A DNA stretch of 64,000 nt, taken from NCBI RefSeq assembly GCF_004010195.1, contig NC_057751.1, positions 296,979 through 360,978 of the forward strand. The letters run 5' to 3'. Origin of the DNA: Chiloscyllium plagiosum. Its lineage: Eukaryota. Below are positions 37,768-50,781 of this stretch, one piece after another. The notes beneath the pieces are model-generated. The model ran no database searches. It was not told the origin of the DNA and was given only the letters and a program-made list of their open reading frames with translations. Made by a program: the position numbers and the translations under genes. Within the stretch, counting starts at the first letter, position 1; every line of letters starts with the position of its first letter.

Positions 37768-38590
37768 GGAGAAAGTGAGGACTGCAGATGCTGGAGATCC
37801 GAGCTGAAAATGTGTTGCTGGAAAAGCGCAGCAGGTCAGGCAGCATCCAAGGAGCAGGAGAATCGACGTTTCGGGCATGAGCCCTTCTNNNNNNNNNNNN
37901 NNNNNNNNNNNNNNNNNNNNNNNNNNNNNNNNNNNNNNNNNNNNNNNNNNNNNNNNNNNNNNNNNNNNNNNNNNNNNNNNNNNNNNNNNNNNNNNNNNNN
38001 NNNNNNNNNNNNNNNNNNNNNNNNNNNNNNNNNNNNNNNNNNNNNNNNNNNNNNNNNNNNNNNNNNNNNNNNNNNNNNNNNNNNNNNNNNNNNNNNNNNN
38101 NNNNNNNNNNNNNNNNNNNNNNNNNNNNNNNNNNNNNNNNNNNNNNNNNNNNNNNNNNNNNNNNNNNNNNNNNNNNNNNNNNNNNNNNNNNNNNNNNNNN
38201 NNNNNNNNNNNNNNNNNNNNNNNNNNNNNNNNNNNNNNNNNNNNNNNNNNNNNNNNNNNNNNNNNNNNNNNNNNNNNNNNNNNNNGTTGGGTTGGTGGGG
38301 GGTGTGGACCTGACGAGGGAGTCACGGAGGGAGTGGTCTTTTCGGAACGCTGATAGGGGAGGGGAGGGAAATATATCCTTGGTGGTGGGGTCCGTTTGGA
38401 GGTGGCGGAAATGACGGTGGATGATACGCTGTATATTGAGGTTGGTGGGGTGGTAGGTGAGGACAGTGGGGTTCTGTCCTGGTGGCGGTTGGAGGGGTGG
38501 GGCTCAAGGGGCGGAGGAGCGGGAAGTGGAGGAGATGCGGTGGAGGGCATCGTCAATCACGTCTGGGGGGAAATTGCAGTCTTTGAAGAA
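37768..38590 (-). mobile_element. Young Penelope-like element fragment spanning the assembly gap
   Basis: Terminal repeat 37768-37888 ends at the hammerhead helix II. 38286-38590 is homologous to 31700-32020. Confidence 0.85.
37889..38285. other. Assembly gap (397 N)
   Basis: Run of n characters. Confidence 1.
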
Positions 38591-38599
38591 GACCGCAAT

Positions 38600-39600
38600 T
38601 TCTCTTGTATTCACATTCTAACATTTGCTACCTTCAAATCCACAGAAAGCATTCCAGAATCTACATAACTCTGGAAGATGATCACCAATGCATTAACTAT
38701 CTCTGTAGCTGCCTTCTTCAACACTTTGGGCTGGAGACCATCTGGTCCTGGGGACTTGACAGTTTTCAGCCCATCAATTTCACCAGTACAATCTTCTTAC
38801 TAATGTTCATTTCCTTCAATTCCTCACTCCCTGGTCAATTGGATCACTACTTCAGGTAGATTTTCTTTTATCTTTTGCAATGAAAACAGATATAAGTAAT
38901 CATTTATCTTTGCTGTTACATAATAAATTCTCCAACGGCCTGTAATGGACCCACATTCATTTTCGCCAACTTTTCCTTTATTTATATTTATAGAAGCTTC
39001 ACAGACCATTTACAAATCTAGCTTCAGGACTTCAGCCATCTCCCAACCGATGTTGTTGATACCCATGTGGACCATAACTTCTGAGTGAAACTCCTCCCCA
39101 AGGAGAACATTCTGCAGGTGCTCCATGACATCCTTGGACACAGAGGGTAACACACCATGCTGGAGTACCACCAGTGAAATGCCTGTCTGATCCTAAGTAC
39201 GGTATCCCCTGCAACTATTGCACTTCCATTCCACTTCTTCCTAACACATCGGGCTGAGCTGCATGAGGTGCCCTGATCTTGTCTCTGGTTGCACCCTCCT
39301 GAGACATCATTGCCATCACAAGTTTCCGAAATGAAATATTGAGTGGCAAATGTGATCCCATCACTCAGGGAACTCCTGCACTGCCTGCCTGGTTTGCTCA
39401 GACTGCCTCTCTGCTTGTACACTTTGAATTTGCGATGTGACCACCCCCCATACATGTTTCCCATGCAGACACACAACAGTAACTCGAGTCACTGCTCAAG
39501 TTCCGAAACTCGGAGATCGAGCTTGTGCAGTTGCTGACACTTCCTATATATGTTTGTCTGGGATACTCCAGTGACCTGCCGTGCTGTAGCACTAATACAA
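38600..39600 (-). mobile_element. Degenerate CR1 5'/ORF1-ORF2 fragments
   Basis: AIVAGDTVLR and VCYPLCPRMS resemble the ORF1 GDS esterase. tctggtcctggggactt encodes KSPGPD on the minus strand. Confidence 0.6.
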
Positions 39601-40254
39601 AAATCTTTTGTCACTGTTACAATAAGTGTAGACTTACAATGAAGACTTCACAAGCCGTTTTCTCTCTATCTTTGAAAAATAAGCCAAGAGATGTATGTGC
39701 AACTTTCACTTCAAAGATTTGAAATACTGATCTAACTTACTCACCAACCAGCCACTTTCCCTCCACTCATGAGGCTGGACTGCCATTGGTCTCAGTGCAG
39801 CTTGGCAATTTGATCCTCAAAAAATTTCCTCTCCTGTTCACTTCGAGCTCTGCAAGCTTCAATACTTGCAGTAAACATAAATGAAAGCACCGCTTTCCAC
39901 CACTTTGATCCAAATTTCTAGGTACTCACTCTGTCTCAGTTTAACTACAATGAAGTCTCTCTCAACGAAGAAGCCCTCAGGAACATAGGAGCAGGAGTCA
40001 GGTCATTCAGCCTGTCAAGCCTGTTCCACTATCAATGAGGTCATGGCTGCTCCATGGCCTATCTCCATGTACCTGCTTTTGGCTCATATCCCTTAACACC
40101 TTTGCTTAAAACCTAACTATCTCAGCTTTAAAGTTAACAACTGATCTGGGATCCACTACCGATTCTGGAAGAGAGCTGCAAACCCTTTCTGTGTAGAAAT
40201 GTTTCCTAACATCTCTCCTGAACAGTTTGACTCTAACTCTCATACTCTGCCTCT

Positions 40255-41370
40255 AGTTCAGAATGGCAGCTGGTGACAAGTGGGGTCCCGCAGGGTTCTG
40301 TCCTGGGGCCGCAGCTGTTCACTTTATATATTAATGTTATGGATGAAGGGACTGGGGGCAGTCTGGCAAAGTTCGCCAATGATACAAAGTCAGGTGGACA
40401 GGCAGGTAGTACTGAGGAGGTGGGGATGCTGCCTGACCTGCTGCGCTTTTCCAGCAACACATTTTTCAGCTCTGATCTCCAGCATCTGCAGCCCTCACTT
40501 TCTCCCTGCAGCAAGGTTTAGACAGTTTAGGAGAGTGGTCCAAGAAATGGTTGATGAAATTCAATGTGAGCAGGTGCAAGGTCTTGAACTTTGGAAAAAA
40601 GAATACAGGCATGGACTATTTTTTAAAATGGTGAAAAAATTCATAAAGGCAAAGTACAAAGGGATCTGGGAGTGCTAGTCCAGGATTCTCTAAAGGTTGA
40701 TTTGCAGGCTGAGTCCGTGATTAAAAAAGCAAATGTAATGTTGTCATTTATCTCAAGAGGGTTGGAATATAAAAGCAGCGATGTACTTCTGAGACCTTAT
40801 AAAGTTCTAGTTAAGCCCCATTTAGAATACTGTGTCCACTTTTGGGCCTCACACCTCAGGAAGGACGTACTTGCCCTGGAGCGTGTCCAGCAGAGATTCA
40901 CATAGATGATCCCTGGAATGGTAGGCCTAACAGATTCTGATCAGCTGAGGATTCTGGGATTGTATTCATTAGAATTTAGAAGGTTGAGGAGAAATCTAAT
41001 AGAAATTTACAAGATTATGCATGGCTCAGAAAGGGTGGACGCTGGGAAGTTTTTTCCGTTAGGTGGGGAGATTAAGACCCGTGGGCACAGCCTTAGAATT
41101 AGAGGGGGTTAATTTAGAACGGAAATGAGGCGACATTTTTTCAGCCAGAGAGTGGTGGGCCTGTGGAATTCATTGCCACAGAGCGCAGTGGAGGCCAATG
41201 TGGTGTGTGACTTCAAAGCAGATATTGATAAATTCCTGATCTCACAATGGTTTAAGGGCTACGGGGAGAGTGCAGGTAGGTGGAATTGAAACGCTCATCA
41301 GCCATGATTAAATGGCACAATGGGCTCGATGGGCCGAATGGCCTTGCTTCCACTCCTATGTCTTATAGTT
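40255..41370 (+). mobile_element. CR1 LINE 3' kb carrying a PLE terminal-repeat fragment (about 40424-40506)
   Basis: [47 protein letters not shown]. Confidence 0.92.
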
Positions 41371-41371
41371 C

Positions 41372-42420
41372 AAGAATCCCCAATGGAGTCAACAGACCCT
41401 TTGGTCCAATGTGTCCATGCCAACCAGATATCCTAACCTAATCTCTTCCTATTTGCCAGCATTTGGCCCATACCACTCTCAACCCTTCCTATTCATATAC
41501 CCATCCAGATACCTTTTAAATGCTGTAATTGTACCCATCTCCACCACTCCCACTGGTAGCTCATTCCATATATACACCACCCTCTATGTGAAAAAGTTGT
41601 CCCTTAAATCCCTTTTATATCGTTCCCCACTCACCCTAAACCTATGTCCTCTAGTTCTAGACTCCCCCACCACAGGGAAAAGATCTTGTCTATTTACCTT
41701 AGCCATGCCCTTCATGTTTCCATAAACCTCTATCAGGTCACCCCTCAGCTTCCAGTGCTCCAGGGAAAATAGCCCCAGCCTTCACAGCCTCTCCCTGTAG
41801 CTCAAACCCTCCAACCCTGGCAATATCCTTGTCAATCTTTTCTAAACCATTTCAAGTTTCACAAGACCCTTCTTTTCCTGTTGTAGCTTGAAGACGTCAA
41901 TCAGATTACCCTTTTAACTTTCTAAATTCAGAGGAAAAAGATCTAACTAGTACATGCTCCTCATAACGCAACCCCTAAAGTCCAGTTATCATTCTTGTAA
42001 ACCTACGCTGTATTTCCTCCAAGGTCAATAGATCCTGCCAAAGGTAATGGTGTCCAGATCTGCTCACAGCAGATTCCTGATGAAGGGCTTTTGCCCGAAA
42101 CTTCGATTTTCCTGCTCCTCGGATGCTGCCTGACCAGCTGTGCTTTTCCAGCACCACTCTAATCTTGACTCTGCTCACAGCACTCCAAGTGGAACCTAAC
42201 CAGGGTTTAGCATAACTGCAGCTGAACGTCTGCTCCTTGCACTCAGTCCTCTAGATATAAAAGCCAGCATTCCATTAGCTTTCTTGATTATTTTCTGTAC
42301 CTGTTTGTAGCATTTTGATGATTTGTATACGTGGATCCCAGGTTTTTTGGTCTTCCACCATATTTAACTGCATACCATCATAGAAATTATCCTGATCTAT
42401 CGTTCTACATTCTAAAATGG
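41372..42420 (-). mobile_element. Two nested CR1 3' fragments
   Basis: Homology to 17740-18300; LEEIQRRFTRMITGL. Confidence 0.85.
42072..42169 (+). mobile_element. PLE terminal-repeat mini-insertion with hammerhead motif
   Basis: CTGATGA-AGGGC-TTTT-GCCC-GAAACTTC at 42077-42104. 13-bp TSD tctgctcacagca at 42059-42071 and 42170-42182. Confidence 0.85.
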
Positions 42421-44377
42421 ACTTTCTTAGACTGAGAACTCTGAAGATTCACTTCTTTTTTCTGAACTTCCTACTGCAATAACATATAGTTAAAGGTGGC
42501 AAGCAATTTCAGGTTTTTGATATTTAAATACCAGTATCGGGCAGGTGCCTGTTTGACTTGGCTTTTCTAACTATTTTAAGGGCTACTGATTCAGCCTTAT
42601 TGCACTTTCAAAAGATTTATTAGTTGAATTCCCACTTTGACACAAATATCCAGGTACTCACTCTGTCTCATTCCAACGAAGTTCCTCTGTACAGCCTCAT
42701 CTGTCCTACATTTCTTTCGATTTATCGAGCTGACAGATGTCAGTGTAGCATTACTGTACGACTAGTCTAGGTAGAGAGTACAGATTAGAATCATTTGGAA
42801 TGTGTTTAGCCATGTGTATTAAAGTGGTCCAGTGATTTTGTCATTCTGACTCTGGTTTCTGAGCGGGTGTGGTTAATGTTCACCATAATGTTGGAGCTCA
42901 GTTAGCTCAGATGACTGGATGGTTCATTTGTGATGCAGTGATACCAACAGTACATGTTCAATTCCCCCTGCATGTAGGCTCTGACATCTCAACCTTGCCC
43001 TTTGGCTGACACGTGGTGACCCTCAGGTTACACTCACCAATTATTGCTTACCTCTCAAGAGCTGCCTCTGATCCTCTGGGACAATAACAATTTTCTGCCT
43101 GCGTTTGTCATTCAGCACTGTAGGAGTGTTCATCAAACATTATTTGCTGTTACACCAGCTGAAAATTCTGCCAGCCAGTACCTTTAATTTTGGAGCTGCA
43201 ATTGAAGAGTTGAGAATGAACAGCTCCCATTTAGCCAAATGACAAGGGGAATTCACCAGAAAACATTCCCAACTGTCATCAGCTCTGGATCCATCCATCC
43301 ACCCACCATCCAAGACTAATCTCCTCCCATTATGGCAGGTTTCTTGTTCTTGAATTCTCTCCAAGCCAGAAATAAGACAACTGCCTTTGCTGGGTTCTCT
43401 CATGTTACTGAAGTTTGTGTATCAGGATTGACCTGGGCATCCACAGCTCACTAGGTCTCTGCAAGAGTGTGTGTGTGTGTGTGCGCTTGTTTGGAGGGCT
43501 TAACTACAGCCCTACTATCTCTCATCTTCCTCTGGGCACACTGCAAATTTGTGCTCAATTTGGACAGTCCTCATATCTGAATCTACTTCCAGTGCTTCCC
43601 TCCACATAGGCTATAGTGTTTTCCCACATCGATGCAGAAGAGTGGAAGCCTTTTGATTTTTGTCACTTGTACTGCACCTCTTGACGTTGTTTGCCCTGAG
43701 AATTTTCTTCAGAGGGGATCGCTTTCAGATTTCTGTACGCCTCCACATTGGAGTGATAACTTGTCGATGGAAGGTGAAGTTTCTGGAGGGAGGTCTATGT
43801 GCTTTGAATGCAGCACAATGAATAACCATCTTGTTTGCGGTTTTGCACCCACCAGTGAGTTGTTATGAACCTTGCCTGTCTGCTGAAGGCCCTCCTGAGT
43901 TTTGATGTGGTGCCCACAGCAAAGCCAGGGACGTGTTATGCAGAACCTGAAGTTGTTTCTGTCAGTCAGACGCTGGTGTAGAAAAGAAAACTTAATTCTA
44001 TCTGTTGTCGTTGTCCAAGTTGTAGCATTGTTCTATTAATCATCAAATTAAGAATTCCAAAACTTTGATTGTGCAAGCTGATTTGTTGTCATATTTTTCT
44101 TTTCATCAAACTTTACTCAAGTGAATTGCCACTGCTAAATCACTCATTTCATTTTCCAAAATCAACTTTCACAATGGAATTATACTCTGGTGAATGGTTC
44201 TCAAGACCCTTCCCCTGCACCCCCCCCCCCCCACACTGCAAGTAGTGTCATCAACTAAACACACAAAAATCACAAAGAGAAATCATCAGCACAGACTCGC
44301 GTTCACTCTCAACCACTGCGACGGTGATTCCAGGAATCAGCAATGAACAAAACCCACACAGTCATGGACCCCAATTG

Positions 44378-44408
<31 letters not shown>

Positions 44409-44464
44409 TGAGACCTACTGCTCTCCAAGCCATGGCAAGTGACTTGATTGAAGAACTTGTCTTG

Positions 44465-44800
44465 GGGAGATGGTGGCAATGTCACCAGTAATCCAGAGCA
44501 CAAGGCTAATGGTCTCTGGACATGGGTTCCAATCCCACCATGGCAGATGTTGTTGCAGTTCGAATTCAATAAAAATCTGGAATAAATATTTTTTAAAATC
44601 CTGATGGTGATCACATAATCACCATCAATGGCTGTAAAAATACATTCAATTCATAATGCCTTTCTCTGGATTGGCCCACATGTGACTCTAGACCCAAAGC
44701 AATGTAGTTGATTCTTCACTGCCCTCTGGGAACTAGGAATGGGCAATAAATGCTGACCTAGCCAGCAAAGCTACATGCCATAGACAAATATTAAAAAAAA
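44465..44800 (+). mobile_element. Old tRNA-derived SINE (family unnamed here); second copy at about 51290-51730
   Basis: B-box-like gggttccaatccc, shared cacatgtgactc...aagcaatgt core, A-rich tail. Confidence 0.65.
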
Positions 44801-45589
44801 ATCCTGTGGGGCCTTGACAGAGGACATGTGGAGAGAATGTTTCCTCATGTGGGAGAATCTAAACCTCAAAGTCATTGCTTTAAGACAGACTTGAGCCAAG
44901 ACCACTTCCTCATCGAGGGTGATGAGTCTTTGGATCTATCCAAAAGGGAGATGGAAGCAGAAGCTTTGAACATTGTTAAGGCACAGGTGGATGGATTCTT
45001 GTTATAAGGGGTAAGTGATAATGTGAATGTGAGATTAAAATCAGATCAGTCATTACCTTACTGAATGCTGGAGCAGGCTTGAGGAGCCAAATGGCTTCTT
45101 CCTGCTCCTAATTTACATGCAACTATATATATCCTTCTCATCAGGATGGTAAAGACTATTTAGAGTACGTTACTGTCCTCCAAGCATCCTTCAGTAGCAA
45201 TGCTTCAAAGCACAAGGACCAAAACCATTACCATGGGACGACTGCCTGGGTTCAAACATCTCTCAGTGAGATGTACTGTGCGATCAGACAGACACAGTCA
45301 CCATGTGATTGGACAGGATATTCAGAGCAAATAAGCCATCTCACATGCTGTAGTTTGACCGTTTGAAATTAGCATGAATAATAGGAAATAAAAGCCTGGT
45401 TTCAGTGTGACCATGAAGCTGTCTGACAAACTCAACTGCCCCTCTGAGGGTCTTTCAGTGGGAAAATCTGTCAGCTTGTTGAATCTGGGTCTATCTGTGC
45501 CTCCTCTTCCACACCTTAAACAGTTCACACAGACCAAAACATCACACTTGAAGGCCAGGAACAGGAACACACATTTGCAGCTCCAGCTA

Positions 45590-48500
45590 ATAAAACCAAA
45601 CTTGGATTTTTAATGCAAATTTTGTTACAAGAAAAGTTCAGTATATGTTATCGTTATGCTAATTAGAAATCGCGACAGTTTTCTCAGTGCACTTACAAAA
45701 AACACAAGTTAATGAAACTCTTTTTAACCAACAGTATCAATGTAGAATGTCTCTCCTGTGGGGAATTATCCTTTTCTTCCACAAAAAAGGGGAACAGTTA
45801 CAGCATTTTTTTAAAAGACTCTGCAAAAAGAACTTTTCCTAAATAAAAAAGACACTAAAATAATAATCTGTGTGAATTGGAAGCCAAGTGGTTAAAACAG
45901 GGATGGGGTCAGGTTTCTTTGAAAGGCCCTTTCTCCCCAGTTTAGTTTCAACTTGAGGAAGCTTCTACCCCATAGTCCAAACCCAACAGCCCCTGAAATC
46001 CCACTGTGGCAAACTTGCATTTGCTTTCTCAAAATGGGCTCGAAGCCAGTGTTCAACATTAGGTCTTAGGTTGGGAAGAAGGGGTAGATAGCATTGCTTG
46101 GATGCAAACTGAATGACCCCAATGTTGTGTGGAATGTGGTCAGTTGTTCACAGACAGTCAGAGACTGAAGCCAAAGCCTCACTAATGCCCACGTTTGAAG
46201 ACATCGGCTGTGAACAAGGGATCAATATGAGAGCCAACTCTCTTGCTCTCATTCAGACTTCGCTCTAGCAGCAAATTGCCAATTCAAGCAATCTGTCAAT
46301 GCATCAGTGTTGACAGTCACTGGTCTGGGATCAGCTGGCTTTAAAAGCAGCCTGGCACACTTCAAGTGACCTCATGCCCCCTCTTGACATGAAAACAGTG
46401 AGAACATGATGACTTTGGCACCCATACCAACAATCAGCAAACTCACTAAGGTTAAAAATGAAAACACACCCGCGGCCTACCTCTTCATCTGTTGTACTCA
46501 CTTCTCTCGACCAGAGGAAACCACATTCTCATCTGGAAAGCCACAGGTACCAGTACTCGGCATTTAACAGCAGGAAGATGAGGGATAATCCATGAAACTG
46601 ACTCTCTGGTTCACTCAAGCAAATGGCCTTTGTACTAACTGATTATCTGGTCTCTGGCAATCCACGCCATCAGGAGTCCACCCCTGACTAGTGATGCTTG
46701 GCCTCTTGCATCACCTCTGCTATCTGTTCTACAAAATCAGTTGCCTTCCTTGCAAAGCAAGAGGTGCCCAAATGCATCCCAACAGAGCTCACTGGAGGAG
46801 AGCTGCAAGGTCAGAGCTCACTCGAGAAGGGGCCTGACCACATGCACGCAGGCTGAGATTTTGTGACTGTCAGTTGCCAAACGTCTGTGACATTCAAAAA
46901 GTGATCTTCATCTGGTAGGCCTTTTTATTCAGAGCTACAATAAACCCAATACTGCTGTCTTAGGACACCTGTCCTGTTAACAATACACCACTGCATCCCA
47001 AGGCAGTGACAGTGATTTGTGCCAACAGTTTAGGGTGGGTACTGCAGTACTGTTGCAGAATAGATTTTCTTTGTTCAGGGTGATTTGGGATTTTTTGCAA
47101 AGGGTGCAGTACAGACGAGAATTGGCAGTGTGCTGCAGTTAAATACACAGGCACTCGAATGAAGAGCACTGCAAACAGACATTGCAAGAGAATGAAAGCA
47201 CAAACTAGGAAAGATTTTCCAGAATTGCACACCGAAATCTGAGGCACTGTTATGCTCATGCAATTAGTGGAAGAGGTACTGCAGATCATTACATTTACTT
47301 CTAGCAGTCTTCAGAGAGGGAACCAAACAAGTTGGATTCATTTTCATTGGTTAAAGTGGTCTGAAAGTCATTTCTCAGATGAAGCTGGGTTTTAAAACAT
47401 TCAGCATTTGAACTGTGGAACTAATGTTCCAAAAGGTGTGTGTGTGTGGCCCAACCCTTGAGGAACAGCAACCATCATCAGCTGTTCAACTTCAAGAACT
47501 ATTGATTTTCCATCCAAAAGATCAGGTGATAAAAGATGTACGCCAGAGATCTCAGATCTATTTTCTTTCTCGACATTCTGATGACCTCCTCAAACACTGC
47601 AGCATCCTGAACTCAATACCAAAATGGGACAAGTTTGACTAAGAAGATCTATTCTGCAGGACAGAACCTGAACATTCACACTTCCAAATATACAAAACAG
47701 AGCTCAATTACAAGAAAACGTATTTGGCCTGCAGGAGTCTCCTGATTACTGACAGTCCTATCAAGCACGAGAGAGCTAGTGAAAGAGAGACAGTGTGGGT
47801 GGGAGGAGAGACAGACAGTCAGTTAAAATAAGACAAAATGGAGAAGAGAGCATGTGAGAGAACAGGCAGACGCAGAAAGTAGGGGAAAGGAATGGAGACA
47901 GAGAGACTGGCAGACACAATGGGGAGAGAGACAGAGGCATGGCAGAGAAGGAGAAACAGGACAGAGTGAGTTGATTTCAATCATGTTTCAATTGGCCTCC
48001 CACACATAGACCAGCTCAGAGACATATCCCCAAAGGCAACACCAGAGTTCACAATTGAACATCCTTCTCAAGTTGACCTTCCCAGTTCATCAGGATTCAA
48101 TCTAGTTCACACATACAGATTCATTCATTTTAAAGTAAAGTTTCTAAATGGGATATAGACATCGTGCCATGCAACAGGCTGTCTTTTTAAAAATAAAAAC
48201 TTGGAACAAATCAACTTTGTATCCATATTTCCTTTTCCCAAAAGGCTCCTGATGAGCCTTCAAGACCACACATTTTAAAAAAAATCAGAGCCAGATTTAT
48301 AAAAAAGCCGACGGCTTGACTAGTTGGGAACTGAGACTGAGTTCTCCAATGGGCAGGATTGTTCAGGTGGCCAAATGTGAACACACAGGAGAGCTAAGAT
48401 GTACTGAGCCTCACCTGCTGAAATCATACAAGTCGTTACAAGTATAGGTGAAGGGAACAGGTAAAAATGGGGGAGTGGGTGAAGGCAGGTCAGCCACTGG

Positions 48501-48953
48501 ACAAGAGGCAATTAATGCCTTCATCAACCCTTCAACATCTGCAGGATTTGCTGTTTGTCATCATCTACTGCAGAGCAACACAAGTGAATAACACAGTCCT
48601 TCCCCCAACTGCGCCCTGAACCAGGTTGAGAACAAATATCAGATTTGGGCACTCAGAGCAGAGATGGGACTGAGATGGCATCCACTTCCCAAATCCACCA
48701 CACATTCCCCCAGAATGCTCCTTCAGAAAACTTAGCAAGGTCCGCACAAAATCAAGAGCTACGTCAGTCGGCTTCTCTCCAGTCACTTCAGTCCAAGAGG
48801 GAGGTGAGCTGGTTCTGAAGTCAAAGAGATCGGATTTCGCAATATTCCAGTAAAACTGGGCACTCACAGCGGAGGTGACGGGACAGGCTGGGAGTTATGG
48901 ATCTCAGGACACTCCCAAGCACTCACAATAAATAAATAGGACCTCATTATTTG
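45590..48953 (-). other. PPP3CC: Probable long 3' UTR of PPP3CC
   Basis: About 3.3 kb free of interspersed repeats directly after the stop codon. Minus-strand AATAAA at 46924-46929 and ATTAAA at 45609-45614, the latter followed by GU-rich sequence. Confidence 0.4.
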
Positions 48954-49387
48954 TTAGTGTGCCATCTTATCTTTTCCTTTCATTCCTTGGGTGGTCTTGG
49001 CAGCTGGCATCCCTGACTGAGTGGGCGTGGGGCGCTGGCCCATTGCTTGCTGCCGACGGTCAGGAGGTATGTTGGTGGCAAATTGGCCTCGTCCCGCCAT
49101 TTGCTGCTGCTGTGGAGAAGTGTTTTGCAGTCCACGGGTGGCTTGGTAACCCTGAGGAGGCCATTTCATCTGGGCCTGGGCTTGGGCTCGTGCCTGAGCC
49201 TGAGCCCGTGCCTGAGCCTGGGCTTGGGCCTGAGCTCGAGCTTGGGCCTGAGTTGGAGTCGGTGCAGGAGGCGGAGATTGAGACAGGGGCTGGTTTGGTG
49301 TCAGCGGCCTGCGGGGAGGCATCCTTTCATTGATCCGGTCCAAGCCTCTGGCCTGTTCAAAGCTGATCTTCTGCAGCGAAGCTTTCC
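48954..49387 (-). CDS. PPP3CC: Calcineurin A terminal exon: autoinhibitory domain ([21 protein letters not shown]) plus 117-aa P/Q/A-rich tail
   Basis: Acceptor tctctgtccatctctaag, phase 1. The AID matches calcineurin A ([21 protein letters not shown] in gamma). Frame open to TAA at 48954-48956. Confidence 0.93.
49170..49250 (-). repeat. Coding hexanucleotide repeat encoding (QA/RA)13-Q
   Basis: Units CAGGCC/CAAGCT/CGAGCT/CAGGCT/CAGGCA with synonymous variation. Confidence 0.95.
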
Positions 49388-49549
49388 CTTAGAGATGGAC
49401 AGAGACACAAGCAACATGTAAGGCTATGCACTGGCAATCACACAGCTTATAGACAAACAGGAACATACAAAACACGAGCTGCTGCAAACTATTCAGCTCC
49501 CCAACTCTACCTTTCAATAAAATCACAACTGATCTTCATCCTCAACCTT

Positions 49550-50400
49550 AAAGAATTGTAAACCATGAGAAGGACAGGGTAGAGTTCCAAATGGTCAGAG
49601 AGGTGGCAGATGAAGTTCAATTCAGAGAAGTGTGAGATGATGCACATGAAGAGCACAAAGGCAATCTAAAATAGGGGATACAATTCTGAAGGGGGTGAAG
49701 GACCAAAAGGACCTGGGTGCATATGTGCAGAAATCATCGAAGGTGGTAGGATTGGTGCAGAAAGAAATTAATAAATAGCAGTGTTCTCAGCTTTACTAAT
49801 TGGGAGCATAGTACACAAGAACAAGAGGTGATTTTGAAGTTACTTTGTTGACCTCAGTTAGAGTATTGTGGACAGTTGTGGGCACCACATTATAGGAGAG
49901 ATGCGAATGCACCGAAATCAGTGCAGAAGTGATTTGGAAAAACAGCTCTAGAAATGAGAAACTTAAGTTATGAGAATAGATTTAAAAGCTTGGAATGTTC
50001 TCCTGGAGAGAAGGCAACTAAAAGGAGATTTGAGAGAGATTTACAAAACCATAAGCGAGATGGATAGAACAGAGAAAGAAATCTTCTCACTCTTAAAAGG
50101 ATCAAGAATGAGAAGGCATAAATTTAAAAGTTATTTCCAAAAGGAGCAAATGTGAAGGGAGAAAAAAGCTTTTTGTTCAGCAAGTCGTTAGGATATGGAA
50201 TGCACAGCTTGGAAACATGGTGAGACTGGCATTTGAGGCATTCAGGAAGTTACTCAGTGATTATTTAAAACTAAAAGGTATATGCAAGGGCTTGCGGAAA
50301 AGGCAAGAAAACGGCACAGTCATAATACTAATTTGGAAAGCTGGTGCAGATACAATGGGTCGAATAGCCTCCCTTTGCACCATAAACCCTGAAATTCTGT
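49550..50400 (+). mobile_element. Degenerate CR1 3' fragment in the last PPP3CC intron
   Basis: tggcagatgaagttcaattcagagaagtgtgag, gagtattgtggacagttgtgggcacc. Confidence 0.85.
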
Positions 50401-50465
50401 GACATGTTCCCATACCATACCTACTTCTACAACTTAAGGTCCCTGGGAATTTTATTCTTAGAGGG

Positions 50466-50781
50466 TTAGATTAGATTAGATTACTTACAGTGTGGAAACA
50501 GGCCCTTCGGCCCAACAAGTCCACATGCGCCGCAGGAGCGCAACCCACCCATACCCCTACATTTACCCCTTACCTAACACTACGGGCAATTTAGCATGGC
50601 CAATTCACCTAACCTGCACATCTTTGGACTGTGGGAGGAAACCGGAGCACCCGGAGGAAACCCACGCAGACACGGGGAGAACGTGCAAACTCCACACAGT
50701 CAGTCGCCTGAGGCGGGAATTGAACCCGGGTCTCTGGCACTGTGAGGCAGCAGTGCTAACCACTGTGCCACCGTGCCGCCC
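50466..50781 (-). mobile_element. HE1-type V-SINE, young full-length copy
   Basis: (GATTA)n tail and intact tRNA-like A/B boxes on the minus strand. Confidence 0.95.

Noticed and set aside
37693..38556. ORFs of 158-287 aa
   Set aside because: Artefacts of translating through the 397-N gap.
39895..42690. About 50-bp direct repeat (cactttga...ggtactcactctgtctca) at about 39900 and 42630
   Set aside because: Diverged and adjacent to CR1 remnants; most likely two fragments of the same repeat 5' end.
48959..49421. Plus-strand ORFs with PEPEP / LSLGL repeats
   Set aside because: Antisense shadows of the QA-encoding hexamer repeat in the PPP3CC last exon.
50700..50781. tRNA-like sequences (also near 4900, 10430, 15030, 59480, 60400)
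   Set aside because: They are the tRNA-derived heads of HE1 SINEs, followed by SINE body and tail, not tRNA genes.
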